Made by a program: the position numbers and the translations under genes. The notes under the pieces were generated by a model that was given only the letters and a program-made list of their open reading frames with translations, was not told the DNA's origin and made no database searches. A DNA stretch of 64,000 nucleotides. It comes from a virus. Lineage: Duplodnaviria; Caudoviricetes. Shown here in pieces: positions 19,792 to 27,168 of the stretch; position 1 is the first letter of the stretch; every line of letters starts with the position of its first letter. The stretch is taken from IMG/VR virus record IMGVR_UViG_3300029288_000006, positions 1-64,000 of that record. One strand, written 5' to 3'.

Positions 19792-21196
19792 ATTCAAATC
19801 CAAACTCTTATTTACTCTCATTGGTACTATATGTTTAATATTTATTGTACCATTTATAAATTCCCAGGAATTTAAATATGGTCAACATGGGTATCATTTA
19901 TCATTTGAAGAGGCAACTAGAGATACTTTAACAGATATACATGAAGAATTAGAGTCGTTTGAAAGTGCTGCTACTGATACCCTAACTGATATTCATACTA
20001 GATTAAGAGCGTTTCAGCAAGCGACTGGCGATACTCTTACCGATATGCATGAATTAATTAAAATATTTGAAAAGGCTACTGGTGATACACTAACAAATAT
20101 ACATTTGGATTTACTTGCGCGTATATTAGCCGCGATGGATACAACCACTAATGTTCATGAAGCATTAAAAATATTTGAGAAAGCTACGGGAGATACTCTT
20201 AATGGTATGTCTATTATTCAGAGTTTGTTCCGTGATGCTACCGGTGATAGTCTGGTAGATATGTCTATTATACAAAGTGCCTTTAGGAAAGCTACCGGTG
20301 ATACATTAACTGGAATTCATCTTGATTTGCTAACAAGAGCATTGGCAAACAGGGATAGTATAGCGAATACACATTTGGATTTGTTGTCAAGAATATTAGC
20401 CGTTAGAGATACAACCAGTAATACACATCTTGATTTGCTCTTGAGAGTATTGGCCAATCGGGATACTACAAGTGGAGCACATTCTAATCTTCTATCTAAT
20501 ATTCTTTCTGGATTTTCAACAAACAATGATACATTGACAGCAATACATACTGATTTGTTATCACGTATATTGGCGGCAAGAGATTCGGTATCTAATACAC
20601 ATTTAGATTTGCTTCTTAGGGCATTGGCCAATAGAGATAGTATAACAAATACACATTCAAATATTTTGAGTTTACTCACAACTAGAATTAATGCCGCGCG
20701 CGATACTAGTTCAAACGCTCATTCTAATATTCTTAGTTTTGAACAAACATTAAAAGATACACTGACCAATATACATACCAATATAGAATCAATGTATCTT
20801 TGGGATGCTACTCGTGTTAAAATAGGAACTACTACAGAAGATTTGATGCAGGCTGCTAGTAGTTATGTTTTATTTACCGGTACGACTGCTGATGTTATTA
20901 TAGAAAATATCACACTACGCAATGCCGATGTTGATTGTTCTGATGATGCTACATTTACCGGACTATCTATTCAAACAAACGATACAACTCCGATTGTTTT
21001 CATTACACAGGCAAACGGAGTAAAGGCGAATCTTACAGGTGAAGCTCAATTGGCGTGGACTGGTTCTGCTATCATAAAATTGGGTACGGAAATACGACTT
21101 ACTATCTATGGTGGTGCTGCTGATGCTACATGCGCACCAGATATAATGGTAACATACAAATCAACCGGTACTGGTACTGGAACATTAGAGCCATAA
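19778..21196 (+). CDS. Signal-peptide-bearing coiled-coil fibre with 18-aa repeats and C-terminal beta head
   Basis: MKIDKFKSKLLFTLIGTICLIFIVPFINS|QE; 16 repeats each starting D-S/T-x; beta-rich C-terminus. Confidence 0.65.
   Translation: MKIDKFKSKLLFTLIGTICLIFIVPFINSQEFKYGQHGYHLSFEEATRDTLTDIHEELESFESAATDTLTDIHTRLRAFQQATGDTLTDMHELIKIFEKATGDTLTNIHLDLLARILAAMDTTTNVHEALKIFEKATGDTLNGMSIIQSLFRDATGDSLVDMSIIQSAFRKATGDTLTGIHLDLLTRALANRDSIANTHLDLLSRILAVRDTTSNTHLDLLLRVLANRDTTSGAHSNLLSNILSGFSTNNDTLTAIHTDLLSRILAARDSVSNTHLDLLLRALANRDSITNTHSNILSLLTTRINAARDTSSNAHSNILSFEQTLKDTLTNIHTNIESMYLWDATRVKIGTTTEDLMQAASSYVLFTGTTADVIIENITLRNADVDCSDDATFTGLSIQTNDTTPIVFITQANGVKANLTGEAQLAWTGSAIIKLGTEIRLTIYGGAADATCAPDIMVTYKSTGTGTGTLEP
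19922..20790 (+). repeat. Coding tandem repeat, 16 units of 18 aa (two of 22 aa), consensus D-T-L-T-N-x-H-L-D-L-L-x-R-x-L-A-x-R/G
   Basis: Visible directly in the translation. Confidence 0.9.
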
Positions 21197-21207
21197 GGAG
21201 GATGAGA

Positions 21208-22335
21208 ATGAAAATTATATATAGTTTAATATTATTGACTTTCCTCGTGGCATCTAATGGGTATTCAGATGTTATGAAGAATGGACAAATTGTAGGATTG
21301 GATTCAACCAATATTGCTAATACTGGTATTAAGGGTGGCAATTTAGTTAATCCATTACGAGCAACATTGGATATGTACATAACCGGGTTGATAAAACCAG
21401 ATTCCCTTTTACTCGGAAGCAATACTAGTTTTCGTAGTAGTGAATCGGAAATTATAGCATCTTCAGATACACTGCAAACTCTTGGGTTAAAACTCAAGGC
21501 ATTATCTAGCAATACAAATTCACCTATTGTACAGTTTATATCAAATACAACCGGTACACTTAAAGCTGGTTCAATTTATGGGGCATATGGAGCAGACCCA
21601 TATATTGTATTCGCCGCGCCGAATGATGCTGGAGCAGAAATCCCCGTATTCCATTTACATGACACATCAATTGCATTTGTTACAGATAACACTGTTGATA
21701 TAGGTGGGACTAGCGACAACAGACCCAAGGATATTAATATATCTGGACATTTTATTGGTTTGTCGGTTAAGGGTGATTCCCTGCGTATGGGTGCTGATAC
21801 TCAATTACATAGGGAAAGTGCAAATAAGATAGCAACTGACGATACTATTGAGGCTGCCTCTTTCCAAAGTTCAAGTGCTCTCAAATGGCAATTGGATTTA
21901 GATTCCTTCGGACTTGCCGCTCAGGATTCTGCTGCTGCTTATTCTGCATATACAGTTGGGCGAGATACTACCCAGACTATTACTCGTAATAGAAAATATA
22001 TTGATTTTACTCGTGGACCAAGTCCATCAATGAAAGCTATAACACTTAGTGATGTTATAGCAAACTTTCCAGTGCTGAATCCTGATTCATTGCTTGTGGA
22101 TGTGTACTCTCACTCGAATAGCGCGGACTCTATCGAGGTTTGTATACGAGTAAAATATCTAACTACCACAATATTTAATTCTGGCTGGATTGTGCCAAGC
22201 GCGGCAATGGCATGGGAACACAATGCATTTGTTCTGGCAACACCGTTCATAAAAGATCAGGAATATGAAGTTTTTGTTGATGTATATGGGTGCGCGGATA
22301 ATCGTCTGTTGATTTCCGGGTTACAATTCAAGTAA
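21208..22335 (+). CDS. Signal-peptide-bearing tail-fibre-like protein
   Basis: AAGGAGG at 21195-21201 supports the ATG at 21208; MKIIYSLILLTFLVASNGYS|D; fibre-type motifs DNTVDIGGTSDNRPKDI and DTQLHRESANKIATDD; 9 sequons. Confidence 0.65.
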   Translation: MKIIYSLILLTFLVASNGYSDVMKNGQIVGLDSTNIANTGIKGGNLVNPLRATLDMYITGLIKPDSLLLGSNTSFRSSESEIIASSDTLQTLGLKLKALSSNTNSPIVQFISNTTGTLKAGSIYGAYGADPYIVFAAPNDAGAEIPVFHLHDTSIAFVTDNTVDIGGTSDNRPKDINISGHFIGLSVKGDSLRMGADTQLHRESANKIATDDTIEAASFQSSSALKWQLDLDSFGLAAQDSAAAYSAYTVGRDTTQTITRNRKYIDFTRGPSPSMKAITLSDVIANFPVLNPDSLLVDVYSHSNSADSIEVCIRVKYLTTTIFNSGWIVPSAAMAWEHNAFVLATPFIKDQEYEVFVDVYGCADNRLLISGLQFK

Positions 22336-22347
22336 AGGAGCATGAGA

Positions 22348-23067
22348 ATGAAGAGACTTTTTATAGCATTCGCGCTCATGCTCCTATGCAGTACGTCGTG
22401 GGGCGATAACATAACCGTAACGGCACAATCGGCTTTATTCCTCAGTGCTAGTAGCGGAACGTATGTGGGAGCAAGGGACACTACCGAAACATCTTCGGCC
22501 CTATCTTCGGCTTACATGGCTATAGGACAGCGTTTACTGGGTGATGTTTATCAGACTATGCGTTCAACAGCACGTTTTGTCATTCCTGCCATGTCATCCG
22601 CTGAAGCCTGTACGTTATGGGCCTGGGGAAATTCCAATGACTCTGACACTGATTTTCAAGTTTATATTGTCGGTGCAAACTCGATGCGCCCGATTTACGG
22701 AAGAACAGACTATATCGAGTTCGATGGACGTGTGGCTGGAGGAGCGCATACCAGCACAATCCTTAATAATGCTTATTCTACTCTAACCGACTATACGATT
22801 GATGCATGGAACCCAATCATATTTAATGCTGCCGGGCTTGATTCACTGGCTGCCGCACAAGGCGATACACTCTACATCGCGATAATTTCAAAAGAAGATA
22901 CTGACAATTCTGCACCAACTGGTGACGAGTATATAGTTGTTAGCGGTATTAATGATTTGGGTGAGGAAGCATATCTATCCTTCACCTATAACGATCCAGT
23001 GGTTCCGATTCCTAAACATGGATCATACACATTGCCTGGAATATATGGACAGTCCATAAAAAAATAG
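22348..23067 (+). CDS. Signal-peptide-bearing protein, single copy of the domain duplicated in 3706-6486
   Basis: MKRLFIAFALMLLCSTSWG|D; GARDTT, PAMSSAEACTLWAW and IFNAAGLDSL match GARDAT, PAMASCSACTLWAY and IFNAAGIDSV. Confidence 0.7.
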   Translation: MKRLFIAFALMLLCSTSWGDNITVTAQSALFLSASSGTYVGARDTTETSSALSSAYMAIGQRLLGDVYQTMRSTARFVIPAMSSAEACTLWAWGNSNDSDTDFQVYIVGANSMRPIYGRTDYIEFDGRVAGGAHTSTILNNAYSTLTDYTIDAWNPIIFNAAGLDSLAAAQGDTLYIAIISKEDTDNSAPTGDEYIVVSGINDLGEEAYLSFTYNDPVVPIPKHGSYTLPGIYGQSIKK

Positions 23068-23081
23068 ACTAGGTGATATTA

Positions 23082-23234
23082 ATGACAGATCAAAATGTTG
23101 TTCCTCAACCAGTAGCAGTTCCCAATGTACCATATTTACGTGAACTTATTATCCAACTATCTAAACGGGTAGATGAATTGGAAAGTAAAGTCAAAGATCA
23201 TGATAAAATGATTAAGGATAGAAAAAATGCCTAG
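23082..23234 (+). CDS. Small coiled-coil protein (50 aa, not in ORF track)
   Basis: AGGTG RBS; MTDQNVVPQP..LRELIIQLSKRVDELESKV. Confidence 0.6.
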   Translation: MTDQNVVPQPVAVPNVPYLRELIIQLSKRVDELESKVKDHDKMIKDRKNA

Positions 23235-23394
23235 ACGTAATCGTAATGCGGGTCAACCATCTAATGATTATAACGACTATAAAGTTAGAAAATTTAAAGA
23301 TGATTGGGATCATATAAAACCTCGATCTAAAACAGAGCTTAATAAAGATAGATTTAAAAAGCGCAGAAAGAATAATGTAATACCGGAGGTATAA
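23227..23394 (+). CDS. Small basic protein (55 aa, not in ORF track)
   Basis: MPRRNRNAG..KKRRK; overlaps the upstream stop. Confidence 0.5.
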   Translation: MPRRNRNAGQPSNDYNDYKVRKFKDDWDHIKPRSKTELNKDRFKKRRKNNVIPEV

Positions 23395-23395
23395 T

Positions 23396-23542
23396 ATGCC
23401 GTATAAAGTTCAGGGGAAAAATTTGATGCATTTCAAACAAGGTCGCTGGACAGTTAAACAGGTTTGTAAATCTCATGATAATGCCATTGGTGCTATGAAA
23501 CTTCTTCAAATGAAAGAACATGGTGTACCAACCAAGAAATAA
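23396..23542 (+). CDS. Small basic phage protein (48 aa, not in ORF track)
   Basis: GGAGG RBS; MPYKVQGK..KSHDNAIGAMKLL. Confidence 0.6.
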   Translation: MPYKVQGKNLMHFKQGRWTVKQVCKSHDNAIGAMKLLQMKEHGVPTKK

Positions 23543-23562
23543 TTTTGTTGAGGGATTATTCT

Positions 23563-23790
23563 ATGAATAAAAAAGTTCGTGAAGCAATGAAACATCCAAA
23601 TGTTCTTGGTGCTGGTGCAAAGAAACGTAAGTCTCTAGATAAATCCGATAACGCATCTACAGTTATGTCCGAGTGGAAGCGCGGTACATTACATTCTGGT
23701 GACGGTAAGATAGTTCCCAAATCCAATAAAGCACAGGCACTTGCTATACTCATGTCTGAAAATAGTAAGAAGAAAAACAAGGGGAAATAG
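23563..23790 (+). CDS. DUF6496-like small basic protein
   Basis: VMSEWKRGTLHSG..KAQALAILMSE matches the family pattern VMxExKxGTLHSG..QAIAIALSE. Confidence 0.7.
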   Translation: MNKKVREAMKHPNVLGAGAKKRKSLDKSDNASTVMSEWKRGTLHSGDGKIVPKSNKAQALAILMSENSKKKNKGK

Positions 23791-24411
23791 ATGAAAGTTG
23801 CGATCAATTTTTTTATAGCAGTAATTACTTCGCTTATTATTTTTCTGATGTTTGTATGGGTAAAACCCTCATGTTCTGAAGATTTGTCTACTAGTGGTAA
23901 AATTATTAATGGTGCTTTACATCCTGCATGGATTCAAGACCGCGCAATAAAATATGGTTTATTGACTTCATTCTGTATAGCTCAGGGAACAACTGGATTA
24001 GTAGAGAGCGCAAAATATGGTGGACATTATCTTTCTAATTCCGCAGATAATTATCATATTTACCGTGGTATACAGAATATTGCGTGGATAGGTACTGGAT
24101 GGTTTACATATGCGGCAGTACAGGAGAAGAATAAACCGTGGTGGGCAAAGACAAGTAGAATTATTGGGGCGGCGTGTTATGCTAGAAATTGTAATGAACT
24201 GGTCTATAGATGGAATGTTTCTGGCAGTCCTTTTAATTATTCTGATGCCTATACCTCTAATAAGAAAGCGTTAGTACTGTTTAAATGGGATGGTACTAAG
24301 AATAAGTTTGTGGATTTTTATGTATCTGGAACTGGTAAACAGGGTATGATTATAGATGCATCATTTTTTATTATGGGTTTTGTGCTAAATCGTATAGGTG
24401 ATATAAGATAA
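23791..24411 (+). CDS. Membrane or secreted hypothetical protein
   Basis: N-terminal hydrophobic segment plus further hydrophobic helices; no sequons. Confidence 0.55.
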   Translation: MKVAINFFIAVITSLIIFLMFVWVKPSCSEDLSTSGKIINGALHPAWIQDRAIKYGLLTSFCIAQGTTGLVESAKYGGHYLSNSADNYHIYRGIQNIAWIGTGWFTYAAVQEKNKPWWAKTSRIIGAACYARNCNELVYRWNVSGSPFNYSDAYTSNKKALVLFKWDGTKNKFVDFYVSGTGKQGMIIDASFFIMGFVLNRIGDIR

Positions 24412-24439
24412 ATAGTAAGATAAATAATAAGATAAATAA
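24404..24439 (+). repeat. 12-bp tandem repeat x3 (TAAGATAAATAR)
   Basis: Three consecutive copies over the stop codon of 23791-24411. Confidence 0.8.
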
Positions 24440-24482
24440 TATAATTCAAACCCTTTTCAGTCTATAGAGTGGAGAAAATAAT

Positions 24483-24875
24483 ATGCATAGCGAAGCACAG
24501 GCGTTTCAGGTATGGTGGTCATTGCACCCCACTCTAGCCGATGTTCTTTTATTGGTTTCATTTATTGGATTTACTACTGTTTGTTGGATCGTAATAGTTA
24601 TGAATAAAAAGGAACGTGCGAAACAAATAGATGAGATTAAAACATTGGTATTGGAAAATATTAAAGAGATTAAAGATAGTTTTACACAACATATCAAGAC
24701 AATGAAAGAAGTTGTAGAAAAGTTACAGAATGAAAAACAAATGATTCAAGAGCATTTAGTTAGACATGAAAAAATTGCTGAAGATATAATGAGGATTTGT
24801 AAAACCATAGATGATCACGAGATGAGAGTTAGGGATTTGGAATGGGATGGCAAGGAAAGACGTAGGGGTGAATAA
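24483..24875 (+). CDS. Single-TM coiled-coil protein (holin-like), lysis cassette
   Basis: One TM helix followed by a coiled coil; directly upstream of the endolysin. Confidence 0.5.
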   Translation: MHSEAQAFQVWWSLHPTLADVLLLVSFIGFTTVCWIVIVMNKKERAKQIDEIKTLVLENIKEIKDSFTQHIKTMKEVVEKLQNEKQMIQEHLVRHEKIAEDIMRICKTIDDHEMRVRDLEWDGKERRRGE

Positions 24876-25249
24876 TGAAAGATTACTTTACATTAGGGGA
24901 AAAAACCTGTCATTGCGGTTGTGGATTAAATAAGGTTGATGATAACCCCGACTTTCTCAACGCCCTAAATCATGCCCGTGAATTATATGGTAAACCAATG
25001 AATGCGGAATCAATGACACGATGCGAAAAGCGCAATAAGGAAATTGGAGGTGCTCCCAAAAGTGCGCACATAGATGGTCGTGCGGTAGATATATATTGCG
25101 ATAACATGGTAGAACGTGCAGAAATGTTATGGGCTTTATATGAAGCTGGATTTAGGCGATTTGAATTAAAAAAAACTGATCTTCATGCTGATATGAAAAA
25201 AGATGCTCCACAAATAGTAGCTATTAAAACCAATCATGGTATTGTATAA
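24875..25249 (+). CDS. Endolysin, peptidase M15 family
   Basis: CHCGCG, S.TRC..RN..IGGA..SAH..GRAVDI and LHAD zinc-binding motifs. Confidence 0.9.
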   Translation: MKDYFTLGEKTCHCGCGLNKVDDNPDFLNALNHARELYGKPMNAESMTRCEKRNKEIGGAPKSAHIDGRAVDIYCDNMVERAEMLWALYEAGFRRFELKKTDLHADMKKDAPQIVAIKTNHGIV

Positions 25250-25284
25250 TTATTGTATGTTTAAAAATTACTCTGGAGGTTTGT

Positions 25285-25626
25285 ATGAAACGTATATTCT
25301 GGATTTTTGTGCTTGTTATGGTATGTTTCTCCGATTTGGCGTTCGCTGGAATTAAAGATAGCATCATTGGGATACTTGGTGGCGTGTGGCAAACAGCGTT
25401 GGCGTTTGTTATAACTGCTATTATCGGACTTGCGGCGGTAGCAAAATATACACCGTGGTTGTCTAAACTTTTGATTGTTGCGGGCGCACTTCTTACCACT
25501 ACGGGGTTGGCTATTGAGGATAGCAAGGTAACAAAAGATGAACTCAAAAACATTATTGAAGATGTGAAGGATTTAAAAGATGCCGCACTCTCAAAAATAG
25601 GGAATAGCGAAATCGAACATGGCTAA
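25285..25626 (+). CDS. Putative holin / membrane protein
   Basis: Signal-like N-terminus plus two TM segments; follows the endolysin. Confidence 0.5.
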   Translation: MKRIFWIFVLVMVCFSDLAFAGIKDSIIGILGGVWQTALAFVITAIIGLAAVAKYTPWLSKLLIVAGALLTTTGLAIEDSKVTKDELKNIIEDVKDLKDAALSKIGNSEIEHG

Positions 25627-25834
25627 TAATAAAACAAATGAACGCCCGTGGTATTTAACTACACGCGCGCTTGGTATTGGTTTTACCGTAACGGGTATAG
25701 CTATGTGGTTTGTTCCCGTGACACATCCTATTGCAGAGAAGTTCATAACTGCGGGCCTTGCGTTGATAGCGGGTGGGCAATATGCATCCTCTACGCGGAA
25801 AGCGTATGAACCAAAAGTTATAAACAAGAAATAA
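25619..25834 (+). CDS. Putative holin (2 TM)
   Basis: PWYLTTR motif, two TM helices, basic tail. Confidence 0.55.
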   Translation: MANNKTNERPWYLTTRALGIGFTVTGIAMWFVPVTHPIAEKFITAGLALIAGGQYASSTRKAYEPKVINKK

Positions 25835-25872
25835 TAAAAATTAGTTTATTGTGATAAAATAATATTTGGGAT

Positions 25873-25910
25873 AAAAAAATAGGGGAGAAATAATTCGCTC
25901 CCCTATTTGT
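25873..25910. terminator. Intrinsic terminator between the convergent arms
   Basis: Stem AAATAGGGGAG/CTCCCCTATTT; A7 tract gives a U-tail on the minus strand. Confidence 0.85.
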
Positions 25911-25928
25911 ATGAATAAACTTTCTTAT

Positions 25929-26114
25929 TTACTTTACATCCCTACCTTCACTATATACACTCGTCCTACATACTGGACATTTTATTTCATTTCTGCCATT
26001 AGTATAAGTATAAAATATCGTGTTACATTTCGGACAGAATATTTCTTTGATGGAATTACTAGTTGAATCATTATTGGAATTTCTATTTATATTACTTTTC
26101 TTTCTATTTCCCAT
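25929..26114 (-). CDS. Zinc-ribbon protein
   Basis: CPKC..CPVC. Confidence 0.6.
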   Translation of the reverse strand: MGNRKKSNINRNSNNDSTSNSIKEIFCPKCNTIFYTYTNGRNEIKCPVCRTSVYSEGRDVK

Positions 26115-26121
26115 TTCTAAA

Positions 26122-26901
26122 TTAATCTCTCATCATGGAATTTAGTTTTCGTTCTTGTTTACTAATAATATTACATAGATTATTTTTTGATTTTACAAAT
26201 TTTGAAACTATCTTAATAGCTTCTTCACCACCAACTGAATCATACATATGTGAATGTTGATTCTTTATGGGATTAAGATTATCATCACACAAAAATTTAA
26301 TTACATTAAATAAATTACCACCAACTTTTACAACCTGTATTTTATATATATATGAAGATGCATATGTAGATACCACTGTTGGTTTAAATAAATCTTTATC
26401 TTCTATTGATTCTATTACTGAGATTCCAAATATATCAAATAGATTATCCAACATTTCATATATTTCCACAACACCCAAAAATGAATCTATCTCTTCTTCG
26501 GTTGCGGGAACAATATTAGACTTAATAGTATTGGTTAATTTCGTACTACTAAAAGATGAATTTTGTATTGATATACATGAATTATTGTCATCATCGAAAC
26601 TCTTTACCAATACCAATTTATTAGTATCAACTGTTCTTATTAATGACATGGGTATTAATGTAATATTATTTATGTCACATGATATTGCTTTTAGTATATC
26701 TGGGTTTTCAATTACTCTCGAAAATAATGTTGCTATGAGTACTTTAGATTCTTTTGGGACTGAACTTGTTGTAGTAGTTTTAATAATATCTCTTTCTTTG
26801 TCATTAAATTTAAACATTTCTATATCATAAAGATTTGTAACTTTGAATATCTGTGTATTGATAGTAATAAGTTTCTTAAACATTTTATACACTACGGACA
26901 T
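26122..26901 (-). CDS. Hypothetical protein, weakly related to 52105-52866 and 53364-53876
   Basis: IVPATEEEIDSFL motif. Confidence 0.55.
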   Translation of the reverse strand: MSVVYKMFKKLITINTQIFKVTNLYDIEMFKFNDKERDIIKTTTTSSVPKESKVLIATLFSRVIENPDILKAISCDINNITLIPMSLIRTVDTNKLVLVKSFDDDNNSCISIQNSSFSSTKLTNTIKSNIVPATEEEIDSFLGVVEIYEMLDNLFDIFGISVIESIEDKDLFKPTVVSTYASSYIYKIQVVKVGGNLFNVIKFLCDDNLNPIKNQHSHMYDSVGGEEAIKIVSKFVKSKNNLCNIISKQERKLNSMMRD

Positions 26902-27091
26902 TCACAATCTCCTGTGTTTTTTGTGGTGAATCTTTTAGTATTATTAGTTTCTTACCACACCACGGACAATATACAAATAGTTTCCCTAGATAACCTTCAT
27001 ATAAACGTGGACTGGTATGGAATAGTATTATTCTAGGAGCTAAAAATTTATCTATGTTGTCATTCCAAGAATCGCAAGAACAAATACGCAT
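26885..27091 (-). CDS. Small Cys-containing protein
   Basis: CSC..YCPWCGKKL. Confidence 0.55.
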   Translation of the reverse strand: MRICSCDSWNDNIDKFLAPRIILFHTSPRLYEGYLGKLFVYCPWCGKKLIILKDSPQKTQEIVNVRSV

Positions 27092-27168
27092 ATGAATTAC
27101 CTCATATATTATTACCCTTTTTAAAATTAAATCTCATATCAATATCCCATACTTCATATAATTTTACT

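Noticed and set aside
4540-23067. Diversity-generating retroelement (template/variable repeat) between the repeated domain copies
   Set aside because: Similarity is at protein level with differences at all bases, not adenine-specific; no reverse transcriptase in the window
23791-24411. Member of the glycosylated secreted set
   Set aside because: Hydrophobic N-terminus but no sequons, and several membrane-like helices
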